Virus record (IMG/VR): IMGVR_UViG_3300025018_001803
Span: 1-41,977 of that record
From: a virus
Taxonomy: Duplodnaviria; Caudoviricetes
Reading direction: 5' to 3' (one strand)
Length of the DNA: 41,977 bases
Position 1 is the first letter of the stretch. The number at the start of each line of letters is the position of its first letter. The position numbers were made by a program, and so were the translations under genes. Shown piece by piece: positions 17,195-25,292 of the stretch. The notes under the pieces were generated by a model that did no database searches, had not been told where the DNA came from, and was given only the letters and a program-made list of their open reading frames with translations.

Positions 17195-17564
17195 GAAAGG
17201 AAGCGTTACCGCTCATGCCACTCTCTTTCAAGATGGCTTGTGAAACAGTGCTGATACCACCAGCGGCCATCTCGCTTTCAAGAACTGCAAAGTCTTCAGG
17301 ACCGAACATCAACTTGCTTTCATTCTCTGGATCAAGGACGCAGGTGATGATAGCCCACAGCTCAAGCTTCTCGTGATCGATTTCGACCTTCTCTTCGCCA
17401 TTTACCGAAGTGGTCATCGTGCTCTTCTTCCGGCACTCTCTTCTTTCGACCATCGACATCGCTCTGTATGCGACGTCACCGCCCCACTCTGGAACGTGAA
17501 CAGTTCTGCGTGACAAGCCCTTACGCTTGAAGATGTCAGCCTTGCTGAGGATTTTATTCACCAT
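17163..17564 (-). CDS. tail assembly chaperone (lambda gpG-like)
   Basis: LSKADI...TVHVPEWGGDVAYRAMS..ER signature; located before the tape measure. Confidence 0.88.
   Translation of the reverse strand: MVNKILSKADIFKRKGLSRRTVHVPEWGGDVAYRAMSMVERRECRKKSTMTTSVNGEEKVEIDHEKLELWAIITCVLDPENESKLMFGPEDFAVLESEMAAGGISTVSQAILKESGMSGNASFRAEEDTPSGS
17193..17201 (-). promoter_or_regulatory. putative +1 programmed ribosomal frameshift site UCC_UUU_CGA
   Basis: In-frame TCC TTT CGA near the end of the chaperone; +1 frame is open and gpT-like; -1 frame reaches TAG within a few codons. Confidence 0.7.
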
Positions 17565-17584
17565 GATGTGATCATTTACGAACA

Positions 17585-17601
17585 GCTTTCAATTTGAAAG
17601 C
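17585..17601. promoter_or_regulatory. intergenic palindrome (operator or weak terminator)
   Basis: GCTTTCAA-T-TTGAAAGC between the esterase and chaperone genes. Confidence 0.4.
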
Positions 17602-17604
17602 GAA

Positions 17605-19653
17605 TTAAAATATGATTCCGCTCAGAGCGGCAACCATTCTTCTTCCGACAACCACAGCAGTTTCTGGAGTCTCGTGAAGATTGTCAACATTATCTCTTTC
17701 AAGATCGTCGCAGTCTACATACTTGAACCAGTATTGTGAATTCGAAAGGCTTTCAATCGCTCCTCTGACGTATGCGATTTCATTTATGTCGACACCGCCA
17801 GCTCCAACCTGAGGTCTTCTCCAGATTATCGGGCAGAGCGTTCCGTCAGTTCTTGTATTGAAGTCGTTTTGAATATCGTTGCAGAAAGTGATGAGCGAGC
17901 TTGCGAACTCACTTCCATATCCAGATGCTGCATCGTTATGGCCGAGCGATACGAAGATCCCTCTCAAATCCGCTTGCTTACCGAGCGTTGAATTGATGTA
18001 GCTCAAGCAACCGGCGTAATCATTCTGGAGCTCTGGGTAGTGCTCATTGTTTGCGGAGAGCCAAGTCCCTCCAACCTCAAGTCCTGTAATGCCACTGAAT
18101 GGAGCGAATGAACCATAAAGAGCAGACCCTCCTGAACCCCTCTTAATGATTCCGAAACCATTCGGGTGCTTTCTACTGAGCTCAGCAAAGATTGAAATTT
18201 CCGAACTTGCAGTTGACGAACCGCTTCCAGAAGTGTTGCTGTTTGTATGCGGCTTGTAGATTTCGAGAACTGAGCTACCCCTGTTGTAGATTAGCTGGTT
18301 ACTAGATCTGAGAAGAGATGGTGGGTTCTCACCTGAAAGATCGGGACTGTTTGAATTGAGAGTCCAAGACTCTAAGATTTCTCCAGTAGCGATCGAGTCA
18401 CCGAAATACATGTATAGCGGAAATCCACCAGTTTGGTCATCAGGAGTCCCGAGAGCCATTCTCTGGTATGTGCGAACAATCTCTTCTCCCATCCAAAAGT
18501 ATTCAGATTGAGAGTAGAACTTGTGCTCAGCTGTCACTCCATCGTTTGGAGCGCCAACTCTCTTCCCTTCCATGTCGACGATGCTAACGTTAGGGTCAGC
18601 GCCAGCTACAACTCTGTGATATCCCCTGTATAGAGGAGCCCCGAGAACACCTCCGAGAGAACCTGTAGTCGCCCACATGTCTGATCTGTGATTGATCAGA
18701 ATGATTTTCAAATCTGGATTGTTTAGACCGGAGGCGCTTCTAAGCCAAGCGATCATCTCTTCTAGATCTGTGCGATATGTGAAGAGAGCTCCAACCCCGC
18801 CAGTTGAAAGGTCAGTCATTGAAAAGTCAATGATTGCAACCTCCCACTTGATTGTATTTCCTCTTTCAGCTGCCGCTACGGTCACTCTGTCGAGCTCAGT
18901 TAGAAGAGATGCTCTCGCACTAGGGGCGGCGTCAGACCAACCTGCTGTGATTCCTACCGTGGTGGCGTATTTATAGAAGTGAAAATACGGTGCTGTATTC
19001 CAGACTTTGTTGAAAAAGTCCGGAACCATAGTTGCATCAGCTCCGACGCCGTGCCCACCTTGTTGAGGAGAACTGCCTCCCCTTTTTGCGATCCCGCCAA
19101 TCAGCTCACTTGTTAGAAGATAACCAGCAGCAGGATGGTAGTCAGTGAAAAGCCCTTCGCCAGCCCAAAATGATTGGGCGACGGTTGGCGCGTTCGTGAC
19201 AGCGTTGTAGAAGAATACTTGATCAGTATTCCCTGTGCAAACAACTCTTTGATCAAAGAAGACTCCAGAAAAGAGCAAGTTGTCATTATTGATGAATGAC
19301 AACAGTTTACCGGCATGTATTCCAGAGATCGCTTCGGCCGCTGGAAGGGTAACCTTCGTCGTAGTAGCTGATGCAACTCTGAATGGAACGCCACTCATTG
19401 CCGCATAGTCATACCATATGTGCGCTCCTGAAGCGACAGACATCGACGCCCCAGTCGAAATCGACTGGGGGGTAACCTGCATTACCTTCTTATCAGCAAG
19501 GTAGACGAGGTTACTCGTTGGAGTCGCAGAGATCCCTAGCGTCAGATTGTCTAGATCTTCTTTGACGACGGCATTGATCCCAGCGACGCCAGTAGCGCCA
19601 CCCTGGACATGCGCGTCACCGACATAGAAAACGCCAGGAACGTCAATTGCCAT
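17605..19653 (-). CDS. tandem SGNH/SASA-like (sialate O-acetylesterase type) carbohydrate esterase, probably virion-associated
   Basis: C-terminal domain YFGDSIA, SLGHND, DNLH; N-terminal degenerate copy YVGDAHV, DFSMTD, EHKFY; lies inside the tail module. Confidence 0.75.
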   Translation of the reverse strand: MAIDVPGVFYVGDAHVQGGATGVAGINAVVKEDLDNLTLGISATPTSNLVYLADKKVMQVTPQSISTGASMSVASGAHIWYDYAAMSGVPFRVASATTTKVTLPAAEAISGIHAGKLLSFINNDNLLFSGVFFDQRVVCTGNTDQVFFYNAVTNAPTVAQSFWAGEGLFTDYHPAAGYLLTSELIGGIAKRGGSSPQQGGHGVGADATMVPDFFNKVWNTAPYFHFYKYATTVGITAGWSDAAPSARASLLTELDRVTVAAAERGNTIKWEVAIIDFSMTDLSTGGVGALFTYRTDLEEMIAWLRSASGLNNPDLKIILINHRSDMWATTGSLGGVLGAPLYRGYHRVVAGADPNVSIVDMEGKRVGAPNDGVTAEHKFYSQSEYFWMGEEIVRTYQRMALGTPDDQTGGFPLYMYFGDSIATGEILESWTLNSNSPDLSGENPPSLLRSSNQLIYNRGSSVLEIYKPHTNSNTSGSGSSTASSEISIFAELSRKHPNGFGIIKRGSGGSALYGSFAPFSGITGLEVGGTWLSANNEHYPELQNDYAGCLSYINSTLGKQADLRGIFVSLGHNDAASGYGSEFASSLITFCNDIQNDFNTRTDGTLCPIIWRRPQVGAGGVDINEIAYVRGAIESLSNSQYWFKYVDCDDLERDNVDNLHETPETAVVVGRRMVAALSGIIF

Positions 19654-19662
19654 GCTACCCTA

Positions 19663-20373
19663 CTAGGTTGTTTCGTGAACCTTGAAGAATGGAGCGCCTG
19701 CATCGATCAAGTCAAGCGGACCCCTTCCTTGAAATGGAACGCTGTATTCGATAACAGAATCGTATCCGCCAGAGAGTTCAAAGCTTGGGAAGATGACAGT
19801 TCCTTGGTAGTAGGTGTTCAGATCCTTCGGATCAACCTGGAACTTGAGAACGGTTCTCGGAAGTAGACCAGAGAGAGTCGAGACTGACTTCTTATACCAG
19901 AACTCATCAACAACGAGACCGTCAAGCGTTCCTTCGAATCCTGAAATTCCGTCTTCGAAAGACTTCCAAGAATCGCCGATTACCGTCGAGTCAACAGTGT
20001 CATTGCTGATGCTGACGCTGAAGTTTCTCGAGTCGCCGACAAGGTTGCCGATCTGGGAAAGCTGCATGCTTACAGCCATCGCGAACACGCCAGAGTGGAC
20101 TGCTGGGTATTGTCCAAGATGGATAGCCCCACCAGCGTAGTTGATCAGACGAGTCTGAACTCCAATACTGGTATCGACACTGTCAGGATAACCTTGACCA
20201 ACTCCATTTGTGAATTGAATCAGAGTATTGTCGCGATCGTATCGCCAGTTTCTCTGGCTCGTCGAAGCGATCTGAAAAGCGCCACCATTCGTTCCGAGAA
20301 GTTCAACACCAGAAATAACAGTTTCTGAAGAGCTGACTCTGAGGGATACGTTCTTTCCGTGAATGCCTGCCAT
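19663..20373 (-). CDS. major tail tube protein (TP901-1/lambda V-like) with an inserted domain
   Basis: FSVSISNDTVDSTVIGDSWKSFEDGISGFEGTLDG...YYQGTVIF..FELSG..DSVIEYSVPFQGRGPL. Confidence 0.88.
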   Translation of the reverse strand: MAGIHGKNVSLRVSSSETVISGVELLGTNGGAFQIASTSQRNWRYDRDNTLIQFTNGVGQGYPDSVDTSIGVQTRLINYAGGAIHLGQYPAVHSGVFAMAVSMQLSQIGNLVGDSRNFSVSISNDTVDSTVIGDSWKSFEDGISGFEGTLDGLVVDEFWYKKSVSTLSGLLPRTVLKFQVDPKDLNTYYQGTVIFPSFELSGGYDSVIEYSVPFQGRGPLDLIDAGAPFFKVHETT

Positions 20374-20382
20374 TGTTCTTTC

Positions 20383-20922
20383 CTAGTCTCCGTAGCTGTC
20401 GAGGATTTGACGACGAATCGATGGCAACGTTCCAGAGATCATATCCATTGATTCTGATTGTGAGAGGATGACCGATCCTGAAGTCGATGGCAGTTGGATG
20501 CCATACTCGGTATCGAAGAATGTGTAGAAATGCCCGTCAAGTAATACGGCCAAACCAGAAGGGGCGGCGCCAGTCGTCGCTCCGTTCATCGTGAAGATCA
20601 GATCTGCAATAACGCCAGATGCAGTAGTTGCAGTGGTGTTGATATCAACAGAAGTGACCGTCGTCAAATAGTTGCTGACCGCACTAACTAGATTCGTCTT
20701 CCCAGTCGTGATGTTGTTCGACAGGGACACCATGTTATTGATGAACGTCGAGAGCGACTTAACCGTTCCGAAGTCGTAGTCCATCTGCTCGACTGCATCG
20801 ACAAGCTTCGTCTGGACTCCTGTGTTGCCTGTCGTAATTTCATCGTAAATTGCGATGAAAGCTCCGAGGTCTTTGAAGGTCGTGATATAACCCTCAGGAC
20901 CGTTTGGGTGTCTTGCTACCAT
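20383..20922 (-). CDS. hypothetical virion protein
   Basis: 179-aa Thr/Ser-rich ORF between tail terminator and tail tube. Confidence 0.6.
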   Translation of the reverse strand: MVARHPNGPEGYITTFKDLGAFIAIYDEITTGNTGVQTKLVDAVEQMDYDFGTVKSLSTFINNMVSLSNNITTGKTNLVSAVSNYLTTVTSVDINTTATTASGVIADLIFTMNGATTGAAPSGLAVLLDGHFYTFFDTEYGIQLPSTSGSVILSQSESMDMISGTLPSIRRQILDSYGD

Positions 20923-20980
20923 ACTTGGTTCACCTGCATCTGTTTGTTCTCACTGCCGCTGCCAATCTATACAACTACTG

Positions 20981-21550
20981 CTAAGAATCTGTGAGACTGA
21001 TGCGCCCCTTGTTCTCCAGTAGGGTCGCTGTCGAGTCTTTGAACATCGAGAGCATAATCGGAGTGATTGACCTGTATTTCCTGTTCCCTTCTTCCTCTTG
21101 ACTTGCAGCTCCAAAGTATTGGGTCGCAGCAAGCTCTACCTGCATTGTGCCAGCCTGCGCGTAGAATGAGCCGCTCGCGGCAGCAAAGTCATAGAGGGTA
21201 ATACCAACCCCGCCCGTTATCGGTGTCACAGCGGACACGATAGCTTGCTTCATGTTTGAAGTCTTCTGAACCATCTCTGAATACGTGGTTCCAAGGATAA
21301 CGATGTGATAGTCAATTGTCCTATGGCGAAGTATATTCGCCGACATCGTGAACGGCTGGTCACTATCCTGAACAAGGATTACACCAGCATACGGAAGAGA
21401 TCTTCCGATTCTCTTCTTTGGGTTATCAGGGTCCGGCTTCTTATCCCAATCAAAATCAGGATTGATAATGTATGATTCAGCAAACCCAGCCTCTCTTTCA
21501 AGGAACGCTGCGAGGCTCCTGCTTGCGTAATCAACGATGTAGTCAGCCAT
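20981..21550 (-). CDS. tail terminator / tail completion protein
   Basis: Gene order; LPYAGVI...IDYHIVILG...helix pattern of gpU/gp17-like proteins. Confidence 0.6.
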   Translation of the reverse strand: MADYIVDYASRSLAAFLEREAGFAESYIINPDFDWDKKPDPDNPKKRIGRSLPYAGVILVQDSDQPFTMSANILRHRTIDYHIVILGTTYSEMVQKTSNMKQAIVSAVTPITGGVGITLYDFAAASGSFYAQAGTMQVELAATQYFGAASQEEEGNRKYRSITPIMLSMFKDSTATLLENKGRISLTDS

Positions 21551-21987
21551 TACGCGAATTTCCTTCTTGCGAATAGAACATCGCCAACGATCCTTCTATC
21601 TCTGAGCGCTTCGAGGTATTCAGGGTAAACCTGCTCGATCGCCCTTTGGAGATATAGTGATCGAGTTGGGTGCTCATACTCTTGGATTCGGCCATACGGG
21701 ACACCTACTGAGAGTCTTCCGACAATCCCTCTTGAAAGAACTACACCGTTTCTCGCCTTCTGCCATTTGATTGACTTGACAAGAGCGCCAGTAAGGAAAG
21801 GAGAGTGACCAGGCTTTTTCGCTACTTTCTGGGCCTTCCTACCATACTTGTTCATCGTTCTGATGGTGAAGTTCCTGATTCCTCTGATCGTTCTTTCACT
21901 TGGCATTCTGCCAGTTGGCGTTTGAACAAGGTTAATTTGAAAACCTGAACCGTTGAGGTTCTTGAATCCGAATGTCATCTTAGTCAT
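21550..21987 (-). CDS. HK97 gp10-like neck / tail completion protein
   Basis: SPFLTGALVKSI...VGVPYGRIQEY...YLQRA signature; start moved to ATG 21987, which overlaps the upstream stop. Confidence 0.75.
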   Translation of the reverse strand: MTKMTFGFKNLNGSGFQINLVQTPTGRMPSERTIRGIRNFTIRTMNKYGRKAQKVAKKPGHSPFLTGALVKSIKWQKARNGVVLSRGIVGRLSVGVPYGRIQEYEHPTRSLYLQRAIEQVYPEYLEALRDRRIVGDVLFARRKFA

Positions 21988-22429
21988 TTGAATCCAACTT
22001 GAGTCCAACCTTCAAGAACATCGGCTTACCCGCAACAGAGTTCACCTTGTAGCTCTCAACATGATAAAGGCCACTTACACCGGTGGCTGAGATTTCGATG
22101 TCTTCAATGTCTTGCTGTAGAAACACTCCGCTGATCGTGTCGTAGTGATACGTGACCATCGTATCTCCGATCTTCAGTCTGCCGCCAATTAGCCCGAGCA
22201 ACTCATCTTGCTCTTGAATCGTGCCAAGGATTCCTGAGATAGGAGTCCAGCTGAAAGCTGGGGATATGATCTCTTCAGTATACGGATCGATTGAACCTCT
22301 TGATAAACCTATCACCTTGATCTTGGTGGCGGTCTCATTTCCGTCAAACATGTCACGGCGCATCCTGTAGCCCTCCATATCCATGGAGGTATTCATCAAG
22401 ACTTGGTGCGCTCGTTTGTATCCGGCCAT
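21980..22429 (-). CDS. head closure (stopper) protein
   Basis: Gene order; IDPYTEE, GGRLKIGD, beta-rich. Confidence 0.6.
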   Translation of the reverse strand: MAGYKRAHQVLMNTSMDMEGYRMRRDMFDGNETATKIKVIGLSRGSIDPYTEEIISPAFSWTPISGILGTIQEQDELLGLIGGRLKIGDTMVTYHYDTISGVFLQQDIEDIEISATGVSGLYHVESYKVNSVAGKPMFLKVGLKLDSND

Positions 22430-22932
22430 TAGTGATCAGGAGAGGTGTTTCTTCGAACCGCTGCGTTGTTGAAGTTCCTTTCTGAATAGCTCTTCACGCT
22501 AGTGTTGAACCGCATGTTGCCACCAGTCGGCCTACTTCCGATGCCAGCGATCTCTTCTTTGAGAGCCCTATCTCGAGCATCCTTGTATCTTTGCTGAAGA
22601 GTTTTAGCGACTGCAACAAGGTTGGGCGCAACACTGGTAGGGTCTTGAATCTCATTCCCAGTTTGCCACTTGATCCGACGAGCTTCATCTTGTGCAATCT
22701 GCAGCATTGCATCAGCTCTAGCGAGAAGCATCATCCAAGCTTCATGCTTTGCATCAAGTTGATCAAAAGTAGACGCGCCGTCAGTTACTTCGGCGGCGGC
22801 GTCATCGATGATGTCAGTTAGTTCATCATCTTGAAACGATTGCTCGTCAGATGTGAGAGCGACGTTCGTTTGAGGATTGTAGTAATCCTGAATCTTCCGT
22901 CTAAGCTTCTCGATTTGTGCAGTAGTGGCCAC
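22429..22932 (-). CDS. head-tail adaptor (gp6/gp15-like)
   Basis: IEKLRRKIQD...FQDDELTDIID helical pattern; first gene of the connector block; GTG start. Confidence 0.65.
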   Translation of the reverse strand: MATTAQIEKLRRKIQDYYNPQTNVALTSDEQSFQDDELTDIIDDAAAEVTDGASTFDQLDAKHEAWMMLLARADAMLQIAQDEARRIKWQTGNEIQDPTSVAPNLVAVAKTLQQRYKDARDRALKEEIAGIGSRPTGGNMRFNTSVKSYSERNFNNAAVRRNTSPDH

Positions 22933-22961
22933 AATGGCGATACAAGATCGCCATGGGCTCG

Positions 22962-23207
22962 CTATGCTAGACGCGCGATCTTCAGAGCTGTTCCGAACCC
23001 AACTCTAAGAATCCCTACAATCTGATTGATTCTAGCGATGCTTGTTTCGTAGTCAGCGGCGCTTCCATCGATTCGAACTACGATTTCTCTCGCATTGCTC
23101 TCATCAATATGAGACTTCAACAATTCTAGCCTCTCATTTTGACTCATCTTGTTCAAGTCAACTTCGATAGGCTCTGGAGCTTCGTCCCAATCGATTGGTT
23201 CAGTCAT
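22962..23207 (-). CDS. hypothetical protein
   Basis: 81-aa ORF, ATGA-coupled to the upstream gene. Confidence 0.65.
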   Translation of the reverse strand: MTEPIDWDEAPEPIEVDLNKMSQNERLELLKSHIDESNAREIVVRIDGSAADYETSIARINQIVGILRVGFGTALKIARLA

Positions 23208-23560
23208 TTCTCTACCTCTTCTTTGATTTTGAGATAGACGTCGATCATCTGATCGAGAGTCTTGTTGGCATACGTTTCATCAAACTCACCAACTCTTTGA
23301 GCCCAATTTATGAGAGCGTTCGAAATTCCATCGACGACTCTCCCATGCTTATCAATCAGAGATTGGTATGCAGCCTTATACTCGGCATTCTGAACCAGGT
23401 CTTCAGAGAATTTCGCTACTCCTGCGATATCTCTATGCTTCTGGAGCTCGGCGTCTTCGAGCTTCTTCCACTCGAGAACCCCGTCAATCACAGGCTGGGT
23501 GTCAGGGGTGATGCAGCTAGCGAGGAGCATCAAGAGAAGGAACGTGTGAAAGCATTTCAT
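23204..23560 (-). CDS. lipoprotein (possible spanin-like lysis component)
   Basis: Signal peptide with lipobox LLLMLLAS-C; follows the holin-like gene. Confidence 0.6.
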   Translation of the reverse strand: MKCFHTFLLLMLLASCITPDTQPVIDGVLEWKKLEDAELQKHRDIAGVAKFSEDLVQNAEYKAAYQSLIDKHGRVVDGISNALINWAQRVGEFDETYANKTLDQMIDVYLKIKEEVEK

Positions 23561-23808
23561 GATGTTATTTCTTTCTTTTGAATCTGAACACTAGACTTCA
23601 TGGCTGTGTTCTTGACGTTTGTCCGCATCACACCATAGGCGACCCCATTGCCAAGCAGCAGGGTCGTTCCGAGAGTTAGCATGGCAGTTGAATCATGCCC
23701 TTTGTGTTGAAGCCAAGTCCCGGCAGCGATGACAAACATGCCAGCGACATAGTTGAGGGCTACGATTTTGAACTCACTTGACGTGCTTCCGGGAGAGACT
23801 TCATTCAT
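23557..23808 (-). CDS. two-TM membrane protein, holin-like
   Basis: Two hydrophobic segments, SSEF N-terminal motif, AYGVMRTNVK basic tail; GAGG upstream of ATG 23808. Confidence 0.55.
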   Translation of the reverse strand: MNEVSPGSTSSEFKIVALNYVAGMFVIAAGTWLQHKGHDSTAMLTLGTTLLLGNGVAYGVMRTNVKNTAMKSSVQIQKKEITS

Positions 23809-23809
23809 T

Positions 23810-25174
23810 TTACGATCCTCGTTGTCCTGCCGCCTCAAGAATGAGACGTCTGAACTCTAGAGCCACGATGTGCCAATCTGGGGTGTAGGGATTCTCAGCA
23901 GCTTCCTTGCGCATCTGAGTAGCATACTCTTCATCGCCATGAATTTTACTGATTTCATCAGCAGCGTGGCCAATGTCAGGAATCGCCCATTCGTTCTCCC
24001 ACGTAGTGAAAGTGTCGTAGGCTCTAACGTCGATTGCTACGCCGCCACCATCCGATACAAGCTCAGGCATCGAGCTGTAGTTCGTGACAAGAGTTGGCAC
24101 GCCACAAGAGAGAGTCTCCGCAATTGGTAGTCCGTAGCCCTCGCTGTGGCTAAGGAATGCATGCACATCAAAGCACTGCATGATCTGCGCTAGGGCAGCT
24201 CTTGGAAGCCCCTTGACAGCGTCGAGACCAGGCGTGATCGCAACTCTACCATGCAAGCCGTATCTGTGGCCAAGCTCGTCGATACGCCAGCCGATACCGG
24301 GCCTATCATGCACACTCTTTCCATCGCCGCGAGTGGTGTGGAGATAGATCAGAGAATCAACCGTTTCAGGTCTCTGCTGGAATGCTGGGCACACGTCGCA
24401 TCTGAAGCATTGCTTTTCACGGCAGAACTCTTCTGCTGTGTATTGAGTGTCCTTCTCTGCGTCTGTCACATTCTGGCGATCGATCCAAGTTGAGCAGTTG
24501 AATGCCTTGAATGCCTTGAAGACGGAAGGGATGCTCTTTCGAATCTGGTTTCTCCCGACAAATCCAACGATGAACTTGTCTGCAAACTGCGGTCCGAGAG
24601 TCAGCTTTCTCCTTGCCTGAACCTCACTGAGCGGAGTATCTTTGTCTGTTCCTTCAGGATACCACGGCTTGAAAGTCTGCCTGTCAACCCCATGAAGAAT
24701 AAGTCTTGGATTTCTGAATGGAATCGATTCTTCAATCACATCCATTCCGAACTTGCTGTAGAGAACGAGGCAGTCAGGCTTACGCATCTGCACTTGCCAA
24801 GGAATGCTGATGACATCTCTATCAATCGGGGTATACGAAATCCACTGAAATGAATCACGAATTGGGCATGCGTCAACGTGGTCAACCATCCATGGATCGC
24901 CAAGAGTGATTACAACCTGCGGTTGAATCGATTGAACGATTGGGTTGAACGAATTCTTTGCGAACTGGTCGTTCGTATCCCAGAATTGAGTCGTGTGAAG
25001 GATGATTCCATTCGTTTTAGCTGATGGAACATCGTTCGGATTGGCGTGCCATCCGAGATAGTGAACCTCAAAGATTCCCATCTCGGCAAGTCGAGCGCAA
25101 AGCTCTTTGCCTACGGTTCCGAAACCAGTGTCCGCGTAATCGGACATGAACAAGATTTTGATTTTTTCTGCCAT
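23810..25174 (-). CDS. GT-B fold glycosyltransferase, family GT4
   Basis: KILFMSD..TGFG; HGVD; VGRNQIRK; SHSEGYGLPIAETLSCGVPTLVTNYSSMPEL (EX7E motif). Confidence 0.92.
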   Translation of the reverse strand: MAEKIKILFMSDYADTGFGTVGKELCARLAEMGIFEVHYLGWHANPNDVPSAKTNGIILHTTQFWDTNDQFAKNSFNPIVQSIQPQVVITLGDPWMVDHVDACPIRDSFQWISYTPIDRDVISIPWQVQMRKPDCLVLYSKFGMDVIEESIPFRNPRLILHGVDRQTFKPWYPEGTDKDTPLSEVQARRKLTLGPQFADKFIVGFVGRNQIRKSIPSVFKAFKAFNCSTWIDRQNVTDAEKDTQYTAEEFCREKQCFRCDVCPAFQQRPETVDSLIYLHTTRGDGKSVHDRPGIGWRIDELGHRYGLHGRVAITPGLDAVKGLPRAALAQIMQCFDVHAFLSHSEGYGLPIAETLSCGVPTLVTNYSSMPELVSDGGGVAIDVRAYDTFTTWENEWAIPDIGHAADEISKIHGDEEYATQMRKEAAENPYTPDWHIVALEFRRLILEAAGQRGS

Positions 25175-25240
25175 TCGTTCTCTCTGTGCTGTTGAGAGTG
25201 ACTACGATCTGCAATCAAAATTCATACTGATAGATCATGC

Positions 25241-25266
25241 AAAAGCCCCGCATAAATACGAGGCTT
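25241..25266 (-). terminator. rho-independent terminator after the major capsid gene
   Basis: Minus strand AAGCCTCGTA-TTTA-TGCGGGGCTT-TT. Confidence 0.6.
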
Positions 25267-25292
25267 GCAATCCAACGATCTAGCCGCTTGGA

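Noticed and set aside
17163-17230. Canonical -1 frameshift in the tail chaperone
   Set aside because: No X_XXY_YYZ heptamer found and the -1 frame stops at TAG almost immediately; the gpT-like sequence is in +1.
17605-19653. Tail sheath (size and position beside the tube gene would fit)
   Set aside because: The sequence has SGNH esterase motifs rather than sheath motifs, and no baseplate wedge genes were recognised.
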